43,279 nt of DNA, taken from the NCBI GenBank assembly GCA_013239625.1, contig MU053216.1:2942943-2986221 (forward strand), written 5' to 3'. The translations under genes and the position numbers were made by a program. Shown one piece after another: positions 12,851 to 24,762 of the stretch. The stretch comes from Lama guanicoe (taxonomy: Eukaryota). Position 1 is the first letter of the stretch; every line of letters starts with the position of its first letter. Below the pieces are notes generated by a model. It made no database searches. It worked only from the letters and a program-made list of their open reading frames with translations, and was not told the DNA's origin.

Positions 12851-13985
12851 AATTCCTCCACCGCTTAGTGAAAAGGGTTCTGTGCCGGGTCCAGGGCAAT
12901 CGCAGGGCCCCCTCTGATGAATCCAGCACGACCTTCTACTGAATTCTACTGCAGTGCAAATAAAACAAACAGATAAAATAATTTAAATGTTTCTGTGCAT
13001 TGAGTTGTACTCCAGTGCAAACTAAAGCCTTGAAATAGTTCTGCTTTCTCCCTGGATAACTCATCAGCAAACACAGTGAGGCATGTTCACTTCTGTGGGT
13101 CTCGAGGAGGCCTCCCGCTGATTTTTTTAATCACAATTTGAATTGCTGATTTATTTCCAAATATACAGAGATTCCAAATTATTTCACCAAGCACCTTGGT
13201 TTAATAAACGCTTCACTGTGCCAGGGAGTGTTTTGATTCGTGAAGACATAACTTCTAATAAACGAATAAAATGAAAATTGTTATAGGAGAAATTCACGAC
13301 CCTGCTCTGTATGTTTTGTAGGCCTGTAAATCCTTCCTTCTTCTTACAGTCCACAGACTAATGGGTATTCATGGCTACGCTGGCCTTTCATTTCTTCGAG
13401 TGGGTCATATTAAAATAATAACCACAGGACATTTTCATTTATTAATGATGTTTGGTTATATTCAATCCAGGATCTACACAAAACTACTTAAGTTTTATTT
13501 TTTTAATAAGGATGTACAAGAAAAAGGAATAACAAAGGATTCACAAAGAAGTCAGAGGTATGAAAGGAGAGATGTGGTTCAGCAGAGAAGCATGGGAACA
13601 CTCAAGGTGCCAAAAGAGAGGTGGCTCCTTTGTTTCCTGGTAACGGACCACTGTTCCGAAGTTTGTAGGGCGAGCAGAATAAGAACGCTCTTTGAATGAG
13701 GTTGTTTGTGTCATCACATTAACCACCCCCAAAGCCAAGAAGGCCTTTTCTTCTTCTATTTGGTAGAGCAGAGTGAAAATGTGTAATTAGTAACACACAG
13801 AAATCTTCAAACATTCCCAGAGTGTCCTCTGTGTTCAGACCACATCAAGGTGGCCTCTGCTCTGTCTGTGCATTTTTTTTTCAGGCGGTGCGTTCATTTG
13901 GAAACATACTCCTAGTACCACACTCAAGCACGTGACTTTGCATCTGATGCTCAACTGACCTTGTGTGTCTGTGTCTCTGAGCCAC

Positions 13986-14441
13986 TGTGTTAGCTTCCTA
14001 GGGCTGCTAAACAAATCACCACAAACAGGGTGGCTCCCAACCACAGGCGTATATTAGCCTCCAGTTCTGGGAGCCAGAAGTCCAAACACGAGCTGGTGGT
14101 TCCTTCCTCCAGAAGGAACTGAGGAAGGATGTGTCCACGTCTCTCTCCCAGCTTCTGATGGCCGGCAGCCCTTGGCTTTCCTTGGCTTAGAGCTGCATCA
14201 TTCAAATCTCTGCCCCTGCCATCACATGGCCTCCTCCCCGCATGTCTGCTCTGTGCTGCTCTGTCTCTGTGTCCAAAGCTCCCTCTCTTTATAAGGACAC
14301 CAGTTATCAGATGTAGGACCCATCTTAATCTAGTAGGACCTCGTCCTAACTTGACGACATCTCCCAAGACCCTATTTCCAAGTAAGGTCACGTCCATTAC
14401 GATATAAACACACCTTGAAGGACACAGTTCAACCCACAACA
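13986..14441 (-). mobile_element. MaLR LTR (MLT1-type solo LTR)
   Basis: Termini tgtgttagcttcctagggctgct ... acagttcaacccacaaca; internal tataaggacaccagt and ctatttccaagtaaggtcac motifs. Confidence 0.85.
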
Positions 14442-14549
14442 TCCTCTTGACAAACCCACTTGACCATCTTGAGTCCTTATCTTCTTTGTCTGTTTTTGTA
14501 ACTGAAAACTTCTCAAAGAAGATGCCTAGATTCCCTGTGTCTGCATTTT

Positions 14550-15800
14550 TAAATTCCATTCTCTCCGAAACCCACTCTAATCAGGCTTCAGTCCCTCCAA
14601 CTCCACCAAAGCTTCTCTTGCGAAGACCAGCAGTGTTGCTAACCCCAGTGAATCAGCTTTCTCTGTCACAACGGGGTCCGTCTCTCATCTTTGAAGCTCT
14701 CCCTTCACTGGCCTGCATGACCCCGCCCTCCTGCTCGGCCTTCCTCTACCTCCCCCCCTCCCTCCAGAGTCCAGCCCCCACTTGGACTTGTTCTGTCCTG
14801 CATCCGCAGACACTTCCCAGGTGATCACACCTAATCCTACGACTTCAAATCCCGGCTCTAGGCTGATGTTCCCCAAACTTCAGTATTTCCAGCCTGACTT
14901 GCTTCCCTGATCTTCAAATTCACATTAACATCCGCTTTCTCACCATCCCCACCAGATATTTAACGGGCGTCTCAAACTGCATTCTTGACCCCCCCACCAA
15001 AATAAAATGTCGGAGCCGTCATTGATTTGTCTGTCTCTCCTGCTTCTCCATCAACTCTGCCTTCAACGTCTGTGTCACTTCGCAGCAACTGCACGGCCAC
15101 TTCACCACTGCCAGGCATCACTAACATTTGTCTGAATTAGTGCAGTAGATTTCAAACCACTCTCCCTGCATCTTCCTTGCTCTTACAGTCTCTTTCGCCA
15201 CACCAGCCAAAGAACTCCTTTTAGATCATAAAGAACATTATGCCACCCATTGGTAAAAACCCTTCATGGATTTAGCGTCTCAAGGACCGAGATCCTCGCC
15301 CTCCCCAGGAGAGCTCTGTGACCTGGCCCTACTGCCACCTCTGTGATAGTCCTCCTGACATTCAACCATTCTGCTCTTTGACCTTTGACCCAGCCATGAT
15401 GATGTTTTTACTGTTCCTTGAGCGTGTCAAATGCCCTTCGACCTCAGGGTCTTTGCCCTGCTGTTCCGTCTGCCTGGAACGCCCTTCCCTGTCAGGCGTT
15501 TGCATGGCTAGCTGTCTTACCCCTTGGGGTCTCTGCTCGCATGGCACATCCTCTGAGAGGCTTGCCTGATCTCAGTTAGCTTCCAGCCACCTCTCTGTCC
15601 CGATGGCTCCTTTATTCCTCCGCCCAGGACTCATCACCCCGTTGCACTGTGTCCTCCTGTCAGTTTTCCATTTCTACCTCTCCCTGCAACAGTCGGGATG
15701 CCATGAGAGCAGAAAGTGTGTCTGCCTGTGGTTTTCACTGCTGTATCGGGACCTAGAAGAGTGTGCGACGTGGCAGACCCCCAGGAATGATGGCTGACTG
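14550..15800 (+). mobile_element. L2 LINE 3' portion
   Basis: cctcagggtctttgccctgctgttccgtctgcctggaacgccctt, ccatgagagcag...ttcactgctgtatc and a degenerate gaatga tail. Confidence 0.75.
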
Positions 15801-15909
15801 AGGACGGCTCGTTCACATCCAGTCCGTGTAGCATCTGTTGGCCACCTCCTCTCTGGGCTGTTCTCTATTCTGGTTCCCCTCCGACTCCGGTGACTGCTCT
15901 CGGCTTTTC

Positions 15910-17835
15910 CTGACGCTGTTCTTCCTGTTCTCATCCTCCCAACGTCAGCGCCCCCCTGCGTCCGCCTCGGCTGAGACCTTAGCCCTCTTTCCTGCTCATT
16001 CTGTGCACGCCCCTTGACTTTGTCCCAAACCCACTGCGCCGCCTCGAGCACGCCAGACCCAGATGACACCAAAGCAGAGCTCGTCTCCGTTTCACACCTT
16101 TCTCCTGGATTCCAGACTTGCCCGTCCGGTTGCCCTCTGGGCATCTCCCTGTGGGTGACCTCAGGGAAGCCCGCAGGGGCTTTTTTGGGTGACAGCCCGG
16201 AGCTCTCTCCTCAACCCCCGCCTTCCTCACTGCCTTCCTTCTTAGCAAACGGCCCCGGGAATCGGTCTTTCTTTCCTAATAATGATTGGAAATTGTTGAA
16301 CATTCTTCATCAAGCACTATGTATGTGTTGCAAATCCTTCCGATGACTCTGCAGTACAGCATTAAATCTGTTTTACAGGTGAGAAAGCTCAGGTTCGGAA
16401 ACTACCTTGCTCGAGGTTACAAAGCTTCTAACGTTTTACTGTAGTGGTGCCCAGGGTACAGTTCTGATTTCTTTCTGAAACGATCAATGAAGCCTCTCTT
16501 CCCTTCAGAAAAGGGATCCAGAAGCAGGTTAGCAATCCCAGCATGGAGCGGTGCTCATAAGCATCTTGGGGCCCTCAGCCCCTCGGCTTTTTCTCACCAA
16601 GAAGCCGAGCGGAACCCGGCGCGCAGCCCTGCCCACTCCCCCAGCCCCGGGAACAGAGCTCAGTTCTAACCTGCCCTAAATTGATTTTTTAATCCTTTCC
16701 CCACAATCACCTGGAAATCAGTCCAAACACCTTCCTTTCCTAATTTTCCTCCCACAGAACACCCTATGGAATGTATCTCAGCAACGGCTCGTTGAAAGCA
16801 TGGTGTAGCAGACCGAACGTCTAAAAGCGAATGATTTAAAGGGGAACTATTTATAAAGAGTTCCCAGAAACAACTGACGCTGTTCTTCCTGTTCTCATCC
16901 TCCCAACGTCGGCGCCCCCCGCCCCCGCCTCGGCTGAGACCTTAGCCCTCTTTCCTGCTCATTCTGTGCAGGCCCCTTGACTTTGTCCCAAACCCACTGC
17001 GCCGCCTCGAGCACGCCAGACCCAGATGACGCCAAAGCAGAGCTCGTCTCCGTTTCACACCTTTCTCCTGGATTCCAGACTTGCCCGTCCGGTTGCCCTC
17101 TGGGCATCTCCCTGTGGGTGACCTCAGGGAAGCCCGCAGGGGCTTTTTTGGGTGACAGCCCGGAGCTCTCTCCTCAACCCCCTCCTTCCTCACTGCCTTC
17201 CTTCTTAGCAAATGGTCCCGGGAATCGGTCTTTCTTTCCTAATAATGATTGGAAATTGTTGAACATTCTTCATCAAGCACTATGTATGTGTTGCAAATCC
17301 TTCCGATGACTCTGCAGTACAGCATTAAATCTGTTTTACAGGTGAGAAAGCTCAGGTTCGGAAACTACCTTGCTCGAGGTTACAAAGCTTCTAACGTTTT
17401 ACTGTAGTGGTGCCCAGGGTACAGTTCTGATTTCTTTCTGAAACGATCAATGAAGCCTCTCTTCCCTTCAGAAAAGGGATCCAGAAGCAGGTTAGCAATC
17501 CCAGCATGGAGCGGTGCTCATAAGCATCTTGGGGCCCTCAGCCCCTCGGCTTTTTCTCACCAAGAAGCCGAGCGGAACCCGGCGCGCAGCCCTGCCCACT
17601 CCCCCAGCCCCGGGAACAGAGCTCAGTTCTAACCTGCCCTAAATTGATTTTTTAATCCTTTCCCCACAATCACCTGGAAATCAGTCCAAACACCTTCCTT
17701 TCCTAATTTTCCTCCCACAGAACACCCTATGGAATGTATCTCAGCAACGGCTCGTTGAAAGCAGGGTGTAGCAGACCGAACGTCTAAAAGCGAATGATTT
17801 AAAGGGGAACTATTTATAAAGAGTTCCCAGAAACA
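15910..17835 (+). repeat. Tandem duplication: 15910-16872 (963 bp) and 16874-17835 (962 bp), about 99% identical
   Basis: Both copies start ctgacgctgttcttcc and end gagttcccagaaaca; the ORF track shows near-identical ORF pairs offset by 963. Confidence 0.97.
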
Positions 17836-18440
17836 GAAGGGGTCGTCTTGCCATTTTTTTTTTCTGATGCCAAAATACACTGTCCACTCCCATGTCTGTC
17901 CTGGCTAATGAGTCTCTTCAGTGTAACAATTTTCTCCTCAGACACCTTCCCTGATCCCCCCTGGCGGCTCCTCTGAGCCCCCACCCTGCACAGGTGGGTC
18001 TGTTTGTTCGTCTTCTTTACTAACTCTGCTACCACAAGACATGGCATGACCACCGGCGTGCGGGCAAGCACCGATTCTCAAGAATTTTAGTAGGAGAGGT
18101 TTCCATAAATGTAGTTTTTCGCTGTCACAAAACACACTGAACCAAGACTTACATTCCATTGTCTTCATAGTTGGTTTTGTGCCTTCTTGACAATCTTATG
18201 CATTTTCTAATTCTCCTCATGGACGCTGGAGCAGCATGTACGTATTTCCAAAATACACTGCATGCATGTCAGCTAGAAGCAAAAGCCGTATCGCACGTTT
18301 GGTTCTGGCCCTCTGTGTAATATGCAGCAAGTACTCAATAAATACTGAATGAATAATGGATGGATAAAGGGAAGCCAGCCTTTCCCACACCACTCGGCAG
18401 CACCTGCTCGGGAGTCTTTTTAATCACGATGAGGGAGCAC

Positions 18441-18540
18441 GGGGTGGGGGGGTGTAGCTCAGTGGTAGAGAGCGCGCTTAGCTTGCACGAGGTCCTGCCT
18501 TCAGTCCCCAGTACCTCCGCTAAAAAAACAAACAAAAAAC
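18441..18540 (+). mobile_element. tRNA-derived SINE (vic-1-like), short form
   Basis: ggtgtagctcagtggtagagagcgcgcttagcttgcacgaggtcctg...ccccagtacctcc plus A-rich tail. Confidence 0.88.
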
Positions 18541-20685
18541 TTTCTAACGTAATAAAATCATGACGCACGAGTTGTCTCATTTTCTAAACCAAAAATCAGG
18601 ACATTTGGCCTCGTGTGACCTTATAGGAAATTGGGGACCAATATGTGACTGTTCTATTTAAAATCTGGACTGTCCCAAAAGGTCACCCCTGTGTTTGAGA
18701 GAGAAAGTATTGAGAAATAGGAACGTGATCTCATTTGGGTTCCCAGCAGCCACGCTTTTAATGCTTAAAGAAGGAAGAGGTGCAATTGTAAAATCTGGAA
18801 GGTTCCCATGCAGACGCAGAAGCCAGCAGCGGTCAGGCCATGCGGGCTGGCTGGTGCCCTGCGCCTCCCCGCCGCGGGCCGCCCGAGGTCCCCGTGGCTC
18901 CCCTGTTTAACTGAATGAGAACCAGCAGGTGACCGGCGCCACACGGGGGAAGCAGGCGCACTCGGAGCTCACGCAGCCTCCGAAGAGGGGCGCCAGCTTC
19001 TGCGCAGGGGCCGGGCACGCAGCGCTTTTCCTATTATTAGTTGTTGTTGTTTTTTTTAATGTGCTCGAGTTGCAACTTGGAAACAAGTACTTTTACACAA
19101 TATGCAATTAAGATGGAAAGTAATGATGTTTTATGTGCTTTTTGCTGAATCAGATAGTGTCCGACCACTCGTTACGTAACCCACAGCACGTTCCGACTAA
19201 GAAATCTTCTCGCCTCTTACATACATTTTTGTCCTCATGTTAGTGACAAGCAGGGATAAGAAAGTGAGCTGGGGGCTAGGAATGGTTTTCCTTGCCAACA
19301 TTTCGCCTGTTTGTCCTGTGAACGGCGTGTGTGTGGTTGCCAGGAAGTGGTCAGAGCTCCAGAGGGGAAGAAAAGTGTACATACAAGATGGTAACGAGCA
19401 TGAATTGAGGAGGAAAAAGGAAAGCGTTACTGGTAACGTTCCATTAAGGCTCAGTCATTGGAAGAACACTCATTTTCACTAGACCTTGGATTCTAAGGAC
19501 AATTAAGACAGAGCTAAATATGCGTTGTGAATGACGTCTGCTCAGTCCCGCTCAAGGGTAAGAGGTACTAAAAGAGACACATTTTAGTGTGTAACACAGT
19601 GAGTGTCTCTTGTCCACACATATACAGCGACTCGCAAAGCAACTTCTGTGCAGCAGGAAGAGAAATTTAGGACTCATCTCTGCTCAAATGCAACAAAGTT
19701 ACACAAAAACAAAGCCATGTAAACCTGTGTATCTAGATGACAGATAAGGTTTATGTTAAGATTTTCTTTCATGCTACTTAATGAAAACACATTTAGTTCC
19801 AAGTCTACATAGTGCAACAAACCATTGACAAAAATTATAAACCAAAGCTTAAGAGATCTTACCAGAAGAAAAAAATGATGTTAAACGGGCAAATGAATCA
19901 AGGCATTTAACTAAAATAGAAAGACAATAGATTCTGAAGAAAATTAGTTTCAATACAGTTCAGAGATTTTTTAAAGTTTTAATGATCACAGAGCGTTAGT
20001 ACCTAGCTTCCCCGAAGGTGGTGGGTGGTAAGGGCTGAGCAGTGATTAACATGACTCTGTCACTCCCCCCCAATACTTCCTCTGGTTGTCAAAAAAGTCA
20101 TGTGCTTACCTAATGATCTCCACAGTTTTTCACATTTTTCTGAAACTTTCATCTACCGTGCTATCTGCTGGCTTAAGGCTTACACCTTTGCTCTTAATAA
20201 AAGAAAAGAGAGCTACTTAACTAAATCTCCTAACCATTAAAACCGTTGGTTTTACAACCACTTTCAAGTCCCCCTCAGAGAAAGCGACTACAAAAAATGT
20301 CTACTTTGATGTGCTTTGGGGCTTAATCAGACATTCTAGAGTCAACACACGGTAAGGAAAACACCCCAATAAAATGCTTTAAAAAACTGTAAGTTGGTTT
20401 GAGAGAGTCTGAGCCACATGTTTGTAGTGCCGGTTGGAGGTCTGCCAGCGTTAAACAGATTCATTTGGTGTGGACTGAAGGATTCCTGGCAGCAAATCAG
20501 GACAGCAGATCTGACCAAATAATGTCTTTCTGAGTAAGTGACAGCTCAGATCTGCTCTCTGGCTGTTACTCCTGTGATAGTAAACGGGAAGATATTTCAT
20601 TTAAACATGTGAGTGTAAAAGAAAGTTGTCATTTCCGTGTTCGAAAGAATCCAGTTGAAAAAACAAGGAATTTTTCAGTATTGCT

Positions 20686-20926
20686 TGTTTCTAAACAAAG
20701 GGCATCATTTGAGGCGGGGGGGGGGAGCATCTGAAAATCATGTAGACCTCACCTGTATTTCTAAAAAGCAAGTTTGAAATTCTGTATGCTGAAGAGAAAT
20801 CTGTCATGTTTCTAAACAAAGGGCATCATTTGAGGCGGGGGGGTGGAGCATCTGAAAATCATGTAGACCTCACCTGTATTTCTAAAAAGCAAGTTTGAAA
20901 TTCTGTATGCTGAAGAGAAATCTGTC
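20686..20926 (+). repeat. Tandem duplication of 120 bp (20686-20805 and 20807-20926)
   Basis: tgtttctaaacaaagggc...gagaaatctgtc occurs twice with one G/T mismatch in the G-run. Confidence 0.97.
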
Positions 20927-20952
20927 CTTTCTGTGCCACTGTTAATTTTCAG

Positions 20953-21176
20953 GAAAAGCCAAGCCAAAATGATCAAAGTCGGTATTGTTGCAAATTGCTG
21001 CAAAGGCTTCTGGTATTCCGTTACGATTTCCTTTTCAACTGGATGGCTCCCTTCAACCAGTCTTTAATGAAAATGTAAAGAAATGCTTTTTCATACAGGC
21101 CAAGGAGGAAGCGATGGCAGAGACTGACCAGTACAGGATGCAGAGAGATCAGGCATTCCGGCTGAAACACGCTAAG
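20953..21176 (+). CDS. ATP6V1G3: ATP6V1G3 coding exon 2, interrupted by an insertion at 20967-21096 (in-frame TGA at 20970-20972)
   Basis: Acceptor ttttcag at 20946-20952, then GA AAA GCC AAG. Coding resumes CAG GCC AAG GAG GAA GCG ATG at 21096 and ends at donor GTGAGC at 21177. Confidence 0.9.
20967..21096 (+). repeat. 130-bp direct copy of intron-2 segment 21647-21776 inserted in exon 2
   Basis: aaatgatcaaagtc...aaatgctttttcatac at both sites, offset 680 bp, 4 mismatches. Confidence 0.95.
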
Positions 21177-22429
21177 GTGAGCGAGACGGCTGGCACCGAT
21201 TTCCAAGCAGCTTAGATGGTAAGACACTAACATCCATGAACAGTGATAAGATCTTCATCTTCATAAGGTCCGACGCAGGATATCAGGAGAGAACATATCG
21301 GATGGAGCAAATAGACTTCACCATGGCTGAACCGCAAATCAAATCAGAAACATCCCAGAATCACCGATTTGACGTTTTCACATTCGTCATAGAGACTGTC
21401 AATCCATAGTTCTTATCTAATACATCGTATGTGTTAAAAATCATATTCTCAGATATACAAGTTGATGGAATTGGTTAGTTTTATTCCTACTACAGATGAT
21501 TGACTAACACATTTTAGTAAGAAAAAAATACAGAGAACTTTTTTTTTGTCTATTAATGTTTACTAGTAGAATCAATAAAAAGTGTTGAACAATGTTCTAC
21601 AGTGAGCTTGTTAGGCCAAATTTCCTTTGGTTAATTCAAGATTTATAAATGATCAAAGTCTATATTGTTGCAAATTGCTGCAAAGGCTTCTGGTATTCCG
21701 TTACGATTTCCTTTTCAACTGGCTGGCTCCCTTCAACCAATCTTTAATGAAAATGTAAAGAAATGCTTTTTCATACGTTAGCGTTTAAAAAATATCTGCA
21801 GTTTACAGTAAAATACATAAGTGCAGGAATTTTTCAGAGCTGATTTGCAACATGAACTAAAAGGAATTATTAAATTCCGTGTGCCATAACTAAAGTTGAT
21901 GTATTTTCTCTTTGGCAAAAACACAAATAAAGGTCTGTGCAGAAGCCTGACACGGCAAGATGAACTGCAAGCAGTTTGTAAATCTCTCCGTTTACAGCTT
22001 TGATTTTAGTGGGAGTCAATGCAGAGCTTGCGTTAGATCAGGTGAATGAGATCCCACGATAGGAAAAACTTTTCCAACGGGCTGTTTCTTGAAACAAAAG
22101 GGCCTTAGAATAAAGTGGACCACTCAGCAAAAATAAATTCTTCTTATCGATATTTGGAAAAAGGAATCATAGACTCCCCAGTCCACACAAACACATACGC
22201 CCCCCACAACTGCCCTTCGGCTCTCTCTCTGACCTGTGGGCTCTGAGTGTCATGCACTTGCCTTTGAAAGTGCAGATATTTTTTAAATGCTAGTGTAGGG
22301 AACAGCATGTCTTTATATTTTGTATGAAAGTTTTATTGAGTGGAGCCAGCTAGTTGAAAAGAAAATCATAAGGAAATACCAGAAGACACTATCAGCAATT
22401 GGCAACAATGTCTACTTTGGTCATTTGTA

Positions 22430-22855
22430 ACATATTCTACTCCCTTTGTCTCTACTTGTTCTATTCTAGCCACATGTGTCTCCCTGCTCTTCCCCAGGTG
22501 AACTGAACAGGCCACTGCCACAGGGCCTTTGCATATGCTGTAGCCACTCCCAGGAATCCTCTTCTTTCACAGACATTCATTGCTCTTTGATCTCTGTTCA
22601 GTTAGTTGTTGGCTCTTGTTCTCGATCACCTTATCTAAGATTGTGTCTCTCATAAAAAAAGAAAGTACTAATTATAGTCATAGCATTTATCACTACAGGA
22701 TATACTATACATTCACATTTTTTGCTTATTGATTATCTTTCCTTCTGGACTGTAAGCACCAAAATGGCAGGTTCTTTATTTTGTTCCCTGTTGCTTTCCT
22801 AGACGTTACTGCCCCATTGTAAATACACAGTAAGTATTCATTGAAAGAATGAGTA
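22430..22855 (+). mobile_element. L2 LINE 3' end
   Basis: ctgccacagggcctttgcatatgctgt...ggactgtaagcacc...taagtattcattgaaagaatga. Confidence 0.75.
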
Positions 22856-22999
22856 ACTCAACATTTCTTCTATGCTTTTATCTTTCCTATTGAGTCCTGT
22901 CATAACCATGACTTATTAGGATCCAAAAAATAATCACCCTTAACGCCAATCAGCTTTTCTGATCCTGCAGAAGATATTTCTAACATATGAATTATTCTT

Positions 23000-23177
23000 C
23001 TTCTTTAATTAATATACTTTTTAATATTTTATTTTATTTATTTTTTGTTTTTGTTTTGGGGAGAAGTAATTAGGTTTATTTATTCACTTACTTATTTTAA
23101 TGGAAATACTGGGGGTTGAACCCAGGACCTTGTGCACGCTAAGCATGTGTTCTACCACTGAGCTACACTTTCTCCCC
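23000..23177 (-). mobile_element. tRNA-derived SINE (vic-1-like)
   Basis: tactgggggttgaacccaggaccttgtgcacgctaagcatgtgttctaccactgagctac with a T-rich tail upstream on the + strand. Confidence 0.88.
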
Positions 23178-24605
23178 ATATTATTATTTTTTTTAAATAA
23201 TTACAAAACTGACCACAATTTTAGAAAGTGGTTGGGTTTAATCTCTTGAAATATTACGTCTCATGAAGAATCTCATAAGATGTAAGTCTGGCTCATGGTA
23301 TTTATTCTCTGAGCTGGAGAATAATTAAAACTCCTCACCGCTCTCAGAATGAGAGCTCTAAGCCAATTTAACAGCTAGTTGATCAAAATCTCACATAGGA
23401 AGGTCAACGCATTCGGGCCTCTGTGGCTTCAAGCATATTGTGAAGCGTGAGCCCAGCGCCTTCCCGCCACGGCCCGCGGGGGCCACACGCCGCTGTCCCG
23501 CGCGGAGCTCGTGGGCGCTCACCCGGGGCTCGGAGGAGCTCCCGGAGGAGCCCCGGGAAACCAGTTTCCCACCTGCTGTGGCTGCTGCCCCGCAATGCTA
23601 CTCTTTTGGGTGCTTCTTAGCTCTTGCTAATGTATGTTTTTTCCACACCCCCTGACTTATTTTCCACCCCCCTCCTTTATCAGTAGAAGTGAGTATCCCA
23701 AGGTGGGCTGTATATCAAGGAATATTTTTATAACAAAGATTTACTTTGCTATCTCCTGCTGTACACTTATCCCTTATTTCACTTTGTCTCTTGCTAAACT
23801 GCAGCACCACTCAGCAATAAGAAGGATCAAACGAATGATACACGTGACAGCTGGGGTGATTCTAAGAAGAAGCTCTGCTGAGGGAAGAAGGCGGCCGTTC
23901 ACACTGCAGGGCTCCGTTTCTGTGATTCTCTCAGAAAGACAAAACCGCGGTGATGGAGCTCCTGCGGCCATCCTGCAGGACCTCGGAAAGTCCTGCAAAA
24001 TAACATCCTCTACTGGAGAAAACAGTACTTGGCCGAAAAGAGATCTGGACTGCAGTGGGAAGTTGTATCTACTGTTAATGCAAGTAAAAGTTAGACGGAC
24101 CATGAATCTGAACAAAAGATCTAAAAAATGTCTTTTTTCTTTCTTTCTAAATTCCTATCATGAAAGCATTTTTGTTTCCTTGAAGCAACCACAAGTTGAG
24201 AATGCAAGACTGTGTGAGACCTGACCCTCTGGTTTCCCTTAAATTGGAACATTTGAACAACTTACAAGGAAACTTATTGAACGCTGAAAGATTTCGCCAA
24301 CACCATCAGTCATTACTCTGCAAAGCTGCACACAGCGGCCGCAGCACTGAAGGGTGGGAAATTTGCCTGGAGAAGTCCTCAAACGGCACCCTTCGGCCAA
24401 ACATACCAAGTTCCATGTCACATAATTATCGACTTCTAATTTATATAGTGTCCCAAATACTCAGGCAGCAGGCTTCGGCCGACGAGAGCAGTAGAACACA
24501 GGTAATCAGTTCTCCCTGATGCCTGGTGAGCAGCTCATTCTATTCTGTTCAACAGGGATGCACTGAGCACCTACTATGTGCCAAGCAGTGTTCGAGGCAC
24601 TTATC

Positions 24606-24762
24606 TTTTTTTTTTAATTATTTAGTTAGTTAGTTAGGGTTTTTTGTGGAGGGGATAATTAGGTTATTTACTTAGTTTTTTTTTTTTAACAGAGGTACTG
24701 GGGTTGGAACCCAGGACCTTGTGCATGCTAAGAACATGCTCTACCATTAAGCTATATCCTCC
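24606..24762 (-). mobile_element. tRNA-derived SINE (vic-1-like)
   Basis: gaggtactggggttggaacccaggaccttgtgcatgctaag...ctaccattaagctata; atcttttt flanks both sides. Confidence 0.88.

Noticed and set aside
13990..14559. 189-aa minus-strand ORF
   Set aside because: Lies mostly within an MLT1 LTR, which is non-coding.
15674..17632. Pairs of near-identical ORFs suggesting a duplicated gene
   Set aside because: They are by-products of the 963-bp tandem duplication over L2/MIR-derived sequence.
18441..18520. tRNA gene
   Set aside because: A/B-box-like head, but with an A-rich tail, a degenerate B box and four similar dispersed copies, so it is a SINE.
20504..20556. 11-bp inverted repeat AGCAGATCTGA / TCAGATCTGCT
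   Set aside because: Short, has a 31-nt spacer and is mostly one 8-bp palindrome occurring twice; not clearly above chance.
20970..20975. Programmed read-through or selenocysteine at the single in-frame TGA, restoring a longer G3
   Set aside because: The context is TGA-TCA, not the TGA-CTAG read-through motif, and I recognised no SECIS. Frame preservation has a 1-in-3 chance, and 41 extra intron-derived residues would break the stalk helix.
23634..24519. 196-aa and 107-aa ORFs in intron 2
   Set aside because: No recognisable protein family or splice structure; treated as chance ORFs.
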